The translations under genes and the position numbers were made by a program. 64,000 bases of DNA from an uncultured Gammaproteobacteria bacterium (GTDB lineage: Bacteria > Pseudomonadota > Gammaproteobacteria > Nevskiales > Nevskiaceae): contig CAWEBP010000002.1 in the NCBI GenBank assembly GCA_963807375.1, positions 265,856-329,855 of the forward strand, written 5' to 3'. Under the pieces are notes generated by a model. That model searched no databases. It was not told where the DNA came from and saw only the letters and a program-made list of their open reading frames with translations. Below, one piece after another: positions 55,117 to 63,693 of this stretch (position 1 is the first letter of the stretch; each line of letters opens with the position of its first letter).

Positions 55117-55665
55117 CTAGAACGGCCAGCGCAGCCCTTCGCTGACGCCGTTGGGTTGCGTGCTGTCGGCGCGCAGGCGGTCGGTCTGGTCGTAGACACG
55201 CACAAACTTGACCCCGGCGGGCAGCTTGACCAGTACGCAGGGGCTGGTGACTTCAGCCGTTGCCGGCATGCCGGCGGCAGGTTCGACAAACGTGCCGCGC
55301 AGGAAAATGCGCCCATCTTCATGCAGCACCGCAGGGCGCGTCACCGCCAATCCATACCCTCCGCTGGGGCGCTGGCCCATGTCTACCAGCGCATAGGCAC
55401 CCGGCGCCAGCGTGGCGTCGTTGCCAAACTGCACGCCGCGGTTGGCCTGCCACAGGCGCACCGCAGCCAGGTCCGCCAGCAGGGTCGCGCGGCTGATCGC
55501 GTCGGGCGCGTTGCAGCGCAAATTGCGCGCGGCCTCCTCGACCCGCGTGTCGGCGTGCAGCGAGATCGCCTGGCTGGGGTCGACCACCACGCGGTCGAAG
55601 AGGTCGAGCGCCTTGCAGCCGCTGAATAACGCGACTGAACAAAAAAACGCGAGGCGCAACGCCAT
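55117..55665 (-). CDS. lipoprotein with a PrcB-C-like domain (tentative)
   Basis: Internal ATG at 55665 gives MALRLAFFCSVALFSG-C. GQRPSGGYGLAV resembles the PrcB C-terminal domain motif. The N-terminal extension of the longest ORF (to 55926) overlaps the GMC gene and looks non-coding. Confidence 0.45.
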   Translation of the reverse strand: MALRLAFFCSVALFSGCKALDLFDRVVVDPSQAISLHADTRVEEAARNLRCNAPDAISRATLLADLAAVRLWQANRGVQFGNDATLAPGAYALVDMGQRPSGGYGLAVTRPAVLHEDGRIFLRGTFVEPAAGMPATAEVTSPCVLVKLPAGVKFVRVYDQTDRLRADSTQPNGVSEGLRWPF

Positions 55666-55667
55666 GG

Positions 55668-57278
55668 CTATGCCGCCGCTTGCAGAATCAGGTCTGCGGC
55701 TTTTTCCGCGATCATGGTGGTCGGCTGGTTGGTGTTGCCGCCCACCAGCGTCGGCATGATCGAGGCGTCCACCACGCGCAAGGCCGTGAGGCCGCGCACG
55801 CGCAGTTGCGCATCCACCACCGCCATCGCGTCGCCGTCCGCACCCATTTTGCAGGTGCCCACCGGGTGATAAATCGCCTCGGCCTTGCGCCGCACCCAAT
55901 CGCGCAGCTGGGTATCGGTTTTGCAATCCGGGCCCGGCTCCATCTCCACGCCCCGGTGCGCATCGAAGGCCTTTTGCCCCAGCACCTCGCGCATCTTTTT
56001 AATGCCGATGACCAGTTTTTCGATGTCGCGCTCATGCGCGCCCCAGTTCGGGTCGATCCGCGGGGCTTGGAGCGGGTCGGCGGATTCCAGCGTGATGCGT
56101 CCGCGCGACAGCGGCCGCAGGTCGCAGCACATCAGCAGATAGGCGTAATGCTTCATCACCATGCCCAGATCAAGGCCGTGATAAGCATTGCCCAGCGGCA
56201 CGAAATGCCACTGCAAATCGGGGATCGGCTCCTGCGGACTGGTCTTGAGGAAGGCGCCCCCCTCAGCGACATTGCTGGTGTATTCGCCGGTCTTGAAGAA
56301 CAGGTATTTGAACAAACCGATCAACGCGCGCAGCAACGACAACGGGTGCAGCGACATCGGCAGGCGGTTTTTGGCTTTGGTGCAGACCACGATGTCGATG
56401 TGGTCCTGCAGATTTTCACCGACACCGGGCAACTCGTGCACCAGCGCCACGCCGTGCTTCTGGATTTCGGCCTTGGGGCCGACGCCCGACAGCAGCAGCA
56501 GGTGCGGCGAGCCGATGGAGCCGGCCGACAAAATCACCTCGCGACTGGCGGTGACATCAGTGAACTTGCCCTTGACGACATAACGCAGGCCGACGGCACG
56601 CGTGCCGTCGAACAGCACGCGGCTGACGTGGGCACCGGTGATGATTTTCAGGTTCGGGCGGGTTTCGGCGTCGCGCAGGTAGGCCTGTGCGTTGTTCCAG
56701 CGTTCGCCGTCTTTTTGGTAAACGCGGTAGCGGCCGACGCCTTCTTGCTGGCTGCCGTTGAAATCCGGCGTCGGCCTGAGTCCGGCCTGCTGCGCGGCTT
56801 CGAGAAAGACATGGGTCAACGGGTTGGTGCTGCGGCAGTCACTGATATTCAGCGGCCCGCCGCGGCCGTGGTATTCGGCGTCGTTGCCGGGCTCGTAGTT
56901 TTCACTCTTGCGAAAATACGGCAGCACGTCCTTGTAGCTCCAGCCCGGATTGCCGAGGCTGGCCCAGTGATCGTAATCCCAGGCGTGACCGCGCACGTTG
57001 ACCATGGCGTTGATCGAGGAGCTGCCGCCCAGGGTCTTGCCGCGCGGCAGGTACATCGAGCGGTTGGCAAGGTGCTTCTGCGGCGCGGTCCAGAATTGCC
57101 AGTTGTGCTTGGCACCGCGCATCAGCGCGATGACGCCGCCGGGCATCCGGATCAACGGGCTTTTGTCCGGCGGGCCGGCTTCGATCAGGCAGACCTGGTG
57201 CTTGCCGCTGGCACTGAGCCGGTTGGCCAGTACACAGCCCGCCGAACCACCGCCTGCGATTACATAGTCGAATTGCAT
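55668..57278 (-). CDS. GMC-family FAD-dependent oxidoreductase (choline/alcohol dehydrogenase-like)
   Basis: 536 aa. FDYVIAGGGSAGCVLANRLS, GKTLGGSSSINAM, C-terminal HPVGTCKMG. Confidence 0.9.
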   Translation of the reverse strand: MQFDYVIAGGGSAGCVLANRLSASGKHQVCLIEAGPPDKSPLIRMPGGVIALMRGAKHNWQFWTAPQKHLANRSMYLPRGKTLGGSSSINAMVNVRGHAWDYDHWASLGNPGWSYKDVLPYFRKSENYEPGNDAEYHGRGGPLNISDCRSTNPLTHVFLEAAQQAGLRPTPDFNGSQQEGVGRYRVYQKDGERWNNAQAYLRDAETRPNLKIITGAHVSRVLFDGTRAVGLRYVVKGKFTDVTASREVILSAGSIGSPHLLLLSGVGPKAEIQKHGVALVHELPGVGENLQDHIDIVVCTKAKNRLPMSLHPLSLLRALIGLFKYLFFKTGEYTSNVAEGGAFLKTSPQEPIPDLQWHFVPLGNAYHGLDLGMVMKHYAYLLMCCDLRPLSRGRITLESADPLQAPRIDPNWGAHERDIEKLVIGIKKMREVLGQKAFDAHRGVEMEPGPDCKTDTQLRDWVRRKAEAIYHPVGTCKMGADGDAMAVVDAQLRVRGLTALRVVDASIMPTLVGGNTNQPTTMIAEKAADLILQAAA

Positions 57279-57319
57279 TGTTGTATTCCCCTTCGCCTTG
57301 TAATGCTAACTTAGGCCGC

Positions 57320-59110
57320 ATGAACAAGGCAGCGACACCGCCCGAACGAAGAATCAGCCTTACCGAGACGCTCGACGCGCTCACCACCGAAGGCTGGCTG
57401 ACGCGCGAGCAAGCCAACCTGCTGCGCGGCAAACATGCCAAAGATGCGCGCCACCCGATTGCGATCATCGCCGAAGCCGATTTGCCGCACGGCAAAGATC
57501 CGCACCGCAAGCTCACCGCCGAAGCATTGACCCAATGGCTGGCCAAACATGCCGACCTGCCGTACCTGAGGATTGACCCGTTGTCGATGGATGTCGCCGG
57601 CGTCACCGCGGTGATTCCCTACGCCTACGCCTCGCGCTTTGGCATTCTGCCGGTCAAGGTCACGCACGACCGAGGTCACCATCGCCACCGCCGAGCCGCA
57701 TCAGCGCGCTGTGGGAGAAAGATGTAGCCCAGGTGGCCAAGCGCGAGATCAAGCGCGTGATCGCCAACCCGCTCGACATCCAGCCGCTACCTGGTCGAGT
57801 TCTACGCGCTGGCCAAGCTCGGTCAAGGGCGCCAGCGAGTCGCACGGCGCAGCCCGCTGCCGGGCATGCAGAACCTCGAGCAGCTGATGGAGCTGGGCCG
57901 CGCCGGCAAGCTCGACGCCAACGACCAGCACGTCGTCGGCATCGTCGACTGGCTGCTGCAGTACGCCTTCGACCAGCGCGCCAGCGACATCCACCTCGAG
58001 CCGCGCCGCGAAGCTCGGCAACATCCGCTTCCGCATCGACGGCGTGCTGCACGACGTCTACCAGATGCCCGCCGCGGTGATCGTCGGCCGTCGATCAGCC
58101 GGCTCAAGATCCTGGCGCGCATGGACCTCGCCGAAAAGCGCCGCCCGCAGGACGGCCGCATCAAGACCCGGACGCCCGAGGGCAAGCGAGATCGAGCTGC
58201 GCGTGTCGACGCTGCCGACCGCGTTCGGCGAAAAGCTGGTGATGCGCATCTTCGACCCCGAAGTGCTGGTGCGCGATTTCGCCGCAGCTCGGGCTGTCGG
58301 CCGCCGACGCCGCGCAGCTGGCAGGAACATGATCCGCGAGCCGAACGGCATCATGCTGGTCACCGGCCCGACCGGCTCGCGGCAAGACCACCACGCTGTA
58401 CTCCACGCTCAAGCAGCTGGCCACGCCCGAGGTCAACGTCTGCACCATCGAAGACCCGATCGAGCTGGTCGAGCCGGCCTTCAACCAGATGCAGGTGCAG
58501 CCCAACATCGACCTCGAACTTTGCCGGCGGCGTGCGCGCGCTGCTGCGCCAGGATCCGGACATCATCATGGTCGGCGAGATCCGCGACCTCGAGACCGCC
58601 GAAATCGCGGTCCAGGCCGCGCTCACCGGCCACCTGGTGCTGTCGACGCTGCACACCAACGACGCGCCATCGGCACTGACGCGCCTGCTCGATCTTGGCG
58701 TGCCGGCTTACCTGATCAAGGCCACGGTTTTGGCGGTGATTGCACAAAGACTGGTGCGGCGGCTGTGCCCCAAGTGCAAACAAGCGGTCGAAATTTCCGA
58801 CGAGCGCTGGCGCGAAGTTATCGGCAGCTGGAAGATGGCCAAACCCAAGCACGCGTTTGAACCCAACGGTTGCCTCGACTGCCGCGAGACCGGCTACTTC
58901 GGCCGTGCCGGTCTCTATGAATTCATGACCGTCACCCCCGCGCTGCGCACGCAGTTGCAGGAGCAGCCGGATTCGCAATTGCTGCGCAAGTTTGCGTTGC
59001 AGGAGGGCATGATGCCGTTGCGCATTGCGGGCGCGCAGAAAATTGCCGAAGGGCTGACCTCGGTGGACGAGGTGCTGTCGTCTACGCCGCCGCCGGACGC
59101 CAGCGCGTAA
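57320..59110 (+). pseudogene. GspE/PilB-family secretion ATPase with an N-terminal T2SSE_N-like domain, multiple frameshifts about 57650-58520
   Basis: N-terminal [36 protein letters not shown]. Walker A GPTGS(G)KTTT, broken by an indel. [30 protein letters not shown]. Tetracysteine CPKC..CLDC. ORFs 57278-57727, 57866-59110 and others. Confidence 0.8.
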
Positions 59111-59180
59111 AGCTTGATCCGCCTGTTGGCGGGTAAGTCAAAGGCACGGCTTGCCGTCCGCCAGAAGCCCATAAAACACG

Positions 59181-59303
59181 CCACCCGCTTGGAGCCTCTA
59201 CAGGCTACTTCGAGCTTGACGTCAAAAAACAGTGGTACTAAAAGTGTACCACCGGTTTTTTGTTATCCGTTGTTTTAGGCCGTAAATGGCCCTAAGCGGG
59301 TAA
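59181..59303. repeat. 123-bp intergenic element, copy G
   Basis: CCACCCGCTTGG ... GTGGTAC-TAAAAGT-GTACCACC ... CTAAGCGGGTAA. Ends 6 nt before the stop codon of the minus-strand ORF 59310-59708. Confidence 0.85.
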
Positions 59304-59309
59304 TGCGGA

Positions 59310-59708
59310 TTAGGCGCCTGAGCGCACAAACGACAGCACCCGGCCACTGTCCTTTGAACTCCGATAACGCAATGTCTTGCCACGCACCTCAATGTAGGCC
59401 TTGTTTTTAAGATGCTCTACGACCTGGTCGGCTTGATCGCCCCTGCAACTTGGTCGGCCGTTGTGGTCCTGCAGCTGCTCGTCGAGAAGCCAGCCTTTTC
59501 CATCGCGCGTCAGTGACGCCGTGGTTGTGTAAACAAGCTCTCCGGTTGTTCTCACGATGTGACCGTCCGGCGTTATTTCGAATGTCATTGCGCAGGTCAC
59601 GCCCGCGGGCAAGGCCCAATGACCCATGGGAGGTGCAGCCGCACTTCCCGCCGATGCCAAGAATGGGTAAGTGAGAACACCGGCGCACAGCAAGCGAATA
59701 ATTTTCAT
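59310..59708 (-). CDS. hypothetical secreted protein
   Basis: 132-aa ORF with signal peptide MKIIRLLCAGVLTYPFLASA. No motif recognised. Confidence 0.5.
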   Translation of the reverse strand: MKIIRLLCAGVLTYPFLASAGSAAAPPMGHWALPAGVTCAMTFEITPDGHIVRTTGELVYTTTASLTRDGKGWLLDEQLQDHNGRPSCRGDQADQVVEHLKNKAYIEVRGKTLRYRSSKDSGRVLSFVRSGA

Positions 59709-59829
59709 GAAACCTTCTCCGTTTCGGTGATTGGGCTCTCGTGCGAATCAAACATCAAAAATGAGGCCTACTGGTTACTTCTTCGACAATGCCCAAAATT
59801 AATCTTCGGGTTGCGGCCGCGGGACGCAT

Positions 59830-60501
59830 TTAAACATCCGCCCACATCCGCAGCAGATTCGCGCGGATTTTTTGCAGTTGCAGCGCTTCGGGGGTGTCTT
59901 TGCCGCCGGGCGACAGGGCGCGGCGCACCGAGTTGATTTCGGCGAGCATCAGGCGTTTTTCGTGCTCGCGCACCATGCTCTGGATCCAGGTCACCACGGC
60001 GGTGCGCACGCCGCGCGTGACCGGCTCGACGCGGTGGATGGTCGTGGCCGGGTACAGCACCAGGCTTCCGCGCGGCAGCTTGACGCGCTGTGCGCCGATC
60101 TCGCTGCTGACCACCAGCTCGCCACCCTCGTAGCTCTCGGGCGCGGATAAAAACAGCGTCATCGCCAGGTCGGTGCGCACCGCAAACGGGCCCTGCATCA
60201 CCGGGCGGTCGATGTGGTCACCGTAGGCCATGCCCGGCTCATAGCGGTTAACCAGCGGCGGCATGATGCGCAGCGGCAGCGCAAAGGTGCTGAAGCCGTC
60301 GTTGCGCAGTACCGCCGCGAGCACCAGCTTGCGGATTTCCTCAATTTCTTTGCCTTCGGTTTTGGCCTGCTGGTTGTTCTTGGCCCGCGCGGCCGCGCCG
60401 TGGGCGGTGCTGCGGCCATCGACGAATTCAACTTGAGCGACCAGCGCATCGAGCGTGGCCAGTTCGGCCGCTTGGAGTACGTTCTGGATGGTGACGATCA
60501 T
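59830..60501 (-). CDS. Fe(II)/2-oxoglutarate-dependent PKHD-type hydroxylase (PiuC/YbiX-like)
   Basis: MIVTIQNVL..EFVDGRSTAHG.., HxD in YGDHID, YPATTIHRVEPVTRG.R. The longest ORF starts two codons earlier (60507). Confidence 0.85.
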   Translation of the reverse strand: MIVTIQNVLQAAELATLDALVAQVEFVDGRSTAHGAAARAKNNQQAKTEGKEIEEIRKLVLAAVLRNDGFSTFALPLRIMPPLVNRYEPGMAYGDHIDRPVMQGPFAVRTDLAMTLFLSAPESYEGGELVVSSEIGAQRVKLPRGSLVLYPATTIHRVEPVTRGVRTAVVTWIQSMVREHEKRLMLAEINSVRRALSPGGKDTPEALQLQKIRANLLRMWADV

Positions 60502-60540
60502 GGGCACTACTTTAGTTCAAGACCGGTGTACGATTAAGCG

Positions 60541-61188
60541 ATGTTCAAGTCGCCAAAAATCATCCAGAAGCCCACGTATAGCCCGGTGGCGGTGGCCAAT
60601 GAATTCGTCTCGTTGGCCTCAATCGACCGCATCGCGGACCTCAATCCGGCCAAACTGCATGCGCTGGTGTATCTGGCACATGGCTGGCATCTGGGCATCG
60701 AAGGCCATCCGCTGCTGAACGGCCGGGTGTCGGCATGGCGCGACGGCGTGTTTGTCAGCGAACTGCGCGAGGCCGGTTGCTGGGGCACCAAACGCGTCGA
60801 AAAACCCATCAGCATGGTCAGTATGGACGACAAGCGCGGCCTCATGGTCGAGCAAACGCCGCGGCTGCCGCTGCGCAGCAATGACGTGAAAACCATCGGC
60901 GCGGTCTGGAAACTGTACGGACGCCTGCCGTCGTTTGACCTGGTGCGCGTCACCAAGGAAGTCGCCTCGCCATGGGACCTGATCTGGAACGACGAAGAGC
61001 GGCCCGACGACGAGCCCAAGGTCATACCCAACGCGACGATGAAGCTGTTTTTCCGCGAGCTGGCCAGCAAGCGCCGCAGCAAAATCGGCGGCATCACCGA
61101 AACGTTGCGTTTGCACCCCACCGCAGGCATTGACCAGACCCAGCCGATTCTGGAAGTCCCCGACCCCGACCGTTTGCGCGCGGTTTAG
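60541..61188 (+). CDS. Panacea (DUF4065, SocA/GepA-like) domain protein with a C-terminal extension
   Basis: 215 aa. YSPVAVANEFVSLA..LNPAKLHALVYLAHGWHLGIEGHPLLNGRVSAWRDG fits the DUF4065 pattern (LqKLlYyaqgw.L...g.pLf.e.feAW.yGP). Confidence 0.6.
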   Translation: MFKSPKIIQKPTYSPVAVANEFVSLASIDRIADLNPAKLHALVYLAHGWHLGIEGHPLLNGRVSAWRDGVFVSELREAGCWGTKRVEKPISMVSMDDKRGLMVEQTPRLPLRSNDVKTIGAVWKLYGRLPSFDLVRVTKEVASPWDLIWNDEERPDDEPKVIPNATMKLFFRELASKRRSKIGGITETLRLHPTAGIDQTQPILEVPDPDRLRAV

Positions 61189-61202
61189 CGCCTGCTGCGG
61201 CC

Positions 61203-62114
61203 TCAGCCTTGCGGGCCGATGGCGACATTTAATTTTCCGTCGGCTGCACACCACGCGCGGTACATCGCGCGCGAATTAAACGGCAATGCCAGATTGCCGG
61301 CGCGGTCCACCGCAATGCAGCCGCCACGGCCCTGATAACTCTTTACTTCCAGCAAGCCCTCTTCGCACGCGCTCAGCAGATCGGATCCAGCGCTGACGCG
61401 CGCATGCAACGCAAAACCAAACCCGGCGCGGATAAAGCTCTCGCCGGTGCCGGTGCACGACACCGCCGCGCTGCGGTCATCGGCAAAAGTCCCGGCGCCG
61501 ATGATCGGTGTGTCGCCGATGCGGCCCGGATGCTTGTTGGTGAGCCCGCCGGTGCTGGTGGCCGCGGCGAGGTGGCCCTTGGCATCGCGCGCCACCGCGC
61601 CGACGGTGCCAAACGCCGAATCGTGGTCCAGCACGATGACGCCTTTCTTGTGCGCTTCTTTGAGCTGGTGGAAGCGCTCCTCGGTGATGAAGTAGTCGGG
61701 CGTGACTTCCGCCAAGCCCAGTTCGCGTCCCAGGCTCTCCGCGCCCGCGCCCATGAACAGGACATGCGGCGAGCGCTCCATCACCGCCCGTGCGAGCTGC
61801 ACCGGGCTTTTGATGCGCGCAACGCCGGCAACTGCCCCGCAGGCGCGATTGATGCCGCTCATGATGGCGGCGTCGAGCTCCGGCTGGCCCTCGCGGTTGA
61901 GTACCGCACCGATACCGGCGTTGAACAGCGGGCATTCTTCCAGCCGCATCACCGCGTGCTCAACGGCATCGAGTGCGGATGCGCCTTCGCGCAGGCGCGT
62001 CATCATCTGCTCGCCAATGCGCTGCAGCGCTTCGCGGTGCATGGGCTGCGCGCCCGCCGCCGGATCAAGGTCGCCGGCGCCGCCGTGGATCGCAAAACGA
62101 ATTTTTTCACTCAT
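61203..62114 (-). CDS. isoaspartyl peptidase / L-asparaginase (Ntn-hydrolase, asparaginase 2 family)
   Basis: 303 aa. FAIHGGAG, autoproteolytic site DSAFGTVGAVARD, STGG, GTGE. Confidence 0.9.
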   Translation of the reverse strand: MSEKIRFAIHGGAGDLDPAAGAQPMHREALQRIGEQMMTRLREGASALDAVEHAVMRLEECPLFNAGIGAVLNREGQPELDAAIMSGINRACGAVAGVARIKSPVQLARAVMERSPHVLFMGAGAESLGRELGLAEVTPDYFITEERFHQLKEAHKKGVIVLDHDSAFGTVGAVARDAKGHLAAATSTGGLTNKHPGRIGDTPIIGAGTFADDRSAAVSCTGTGESFIRAGFGFALHARVSAGSDLLSACEEGLLEVKSYQGRGGCIAVDRAGNLALPFNSRAMYRAWCAADGKLNVAIGPQG

Positions 62115-62137
62115 TGGCGAAGTCTACAATCTGTGGC

Positions 62138-63568
62138 GTGAATCTCGTCCTGGCCTGCATCCTCGCCTACATCGTCTCGCAGCTGGCGGTGGCATTCTGG
62201 GTTTCGCACCGCAATCGCAACGAGGAGGACTACCTGCTCGCCGGCCGCTCGCTCGGGCCGTGGCTGGCCACCTTCTCGGTGTTTGCCACCTGGTTTGGTG
62301 CCGAAACCTGCATCGGCGCCGCCGGCGAGGCGTACCAGCACGGCTTGTCCGGAGTCATTGCCGATCCGTTTGGCTACACACTCGGCATTGTGTTCATGGG
62401 CCTGTTTTTTGCAGCCACCTTGTGGAAACGTGGCCTGGTCACCCTCGCCGATCTGTTCCAGCAACGCTACAGCCTTGGCGTCGCACGGCTGGCGGCCCTG
62501 ATCATGATCCCCGGTTCGGTGCTGTGGGCCGCGGCGCAGGTTCGCGCCTTTGGCCAGGTGCTGTCCTCGGCCAGCGAGCTGGGCCTGCTCGCGGCAATCA
62601 CGCTCGCGGCGGTGGTTGTCATTATTTACACCGCCGTTGGCGGCATGTGGGCCAACGCGACCACCGACCTGATCCAGGGCATCGTGCTGGCGACTGGCGT
62701 GTTCGGATTGTTTGCGGTTTTTGTCTGGCTCGGCGGCCTCGACACGCTGGCGAACTTGCCGCCGGCAAAAACCGACGTGCTGCATGACCGCACGATCTGG
62801 GATGCGCTCGACACGCTGGCGATCCCGATTTTTTCAACCATTGCCGCGCAAGAACTGGTGGCGCGCGTGCTGTCGATGCGCGGCGTGCGGCTGGCGCGCA
62901 ATGCCACCGTCGGCGCTGGCCTGCTGTACCTGCTCATCGGCAGCGTACCGGTGATGATCGGCCTTGGCGCGGCCTCCTTTATCGGCGCGGGCCGCGACCA
63001 CGAACAGGTGCTGGCGCTGTTCGCGCAGCAGCAACTGCCCCTGCCGCTCTACATCCTTTTTTTAAGCGCACTGGTGTCGGCGATTTTGTCCACGCTTGCG
63101 GGCGCCCTGCTGGTGGCCGCCTCGCTGGCCGCGCACAACCTCTATGCCCCAATGCGGCCGCACCTTGGCGAAACCGAAAAAATCACCGCGAGCCGCTGGG
63201 CCGTGGTTCTGTTCGGCGTGGCGGCCTATGGCATTGCGCTGGCCAGCGAGAGCGTTTACTCACTGGTGCAAGAGGCCGCAGGCCTGGGCTCTGCCGGCAT
63301 TCTGGTGCTGATGGTCTTTGCGCTCTGGGGCAAGCAAACGGGCAGCAACGCCAGCGGTTATGCGGCGTTGATCGCCGGCACCGGGACTTATGTCATCGCC
63401 AAGCACGTGTATGGATTTGAACAGCCGTACCTGTTGTCGCTGGCGGCGGCATTGGCCGCGTATCTGGCGTTGGCTTGGGCACGGGTGACAGCCGGAAACA
63501 CCCGGTCAGGCTCGATACCGATACCCGAAAAAACACCTGCACCGGCAAAAGCCCCGCCACCCGCTTGA
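62138..63568 (+). CDS. sodium:solute symporter family transporter
   Basis: GTG at 62138 gives VNLVLACILAYIVSQLAVAFWVS...DYLLAGRSLGPWLATFSVFATWFGAETCIGAAG. About 13 TM segments. The longer ORF from 61973 is antisense to the asparaginase gene. Confidence 0.85.
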   Translation: MNLVLACILAYIVSQLAVAFWVSHRNRNEEDYLLAGRSLGPWLATFSVFATWFGAETCIGAAGEAYQHGLSGVIADPFGYTLGIVFMGLFFAATLWKRGLVTLADLFQQRYSLGVARLAALIMIPGSVLWAAAQVRAFGQVLSSASELGLLAAITLAAVVVIIYTAVGGMWANATTDLIQGIVLATGVFGLFAVFVWLGGLDTLANLPPAKTDVLHDRTIWDALDTLAIPIFSTIAAQELVARVLSMRGVRLARNATVGAGLLYLLIGSVPVMIGLGAASFIGAGRDHEQVLALFAQQQLPLPLYILFLSALVSAILSTLAGALLVAASLAAHNLYAPMRPHLGETEKITASRWAVVLFGVAAYGIALASESVYSLVQEAAGLGSAGILVLMVFALWGKQTGSNASGYAALIAGTGTYVIAKHVYGFEQPYLLSLAAALAAYLALAWARVTAGNTRSGSIPIPEKTPAPAKAPPPA

Positions 63569-63679
63569 GTTGATTTTTGGCCTGAAACGGCCGGTACAAA
63601 AAAATGAGTGGTACACTTTTAGTACCATCGCATTTTGGGTGAAGGTCAAAAACGCTTTATTTGTACCCCAAGCGGGTGG
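63557..63679. repeat. 123-bp intergenic element, copy H
   Basis: CCACCCGCTTGA ... GTGGTAC-ACTTTTA-GTACCAT ... CCAAGCGGGTGG. The left terminus supplies the last codons and the TGA stop (63566-63568) of the symporter. Confidence 0.85.
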
Positions 63680-63693
63680 CCAACAAAATCGGC

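Noticed and set aside
55680-57314. 544-aa plus-strand ORF opposite the GMC oxidoreductase gene
   Set aside because: Same reasoning. The minus strand encodes a complete GMC enzyme with FAD motifs, and the plus-strand product is low-complexity (Arg/Ala/Gly/Val/His/Gln-rich).
59232-59252. Core stem-loop (7-8-bp stem, 7-nt loop) as an anticodon-arm or tRNA-like gene
   Set aside because: No acceptor, D or T arms or conserved tRNA positions can be placed around it. The 7-nt loop sequence is A/T-only and occurs in both orientations.
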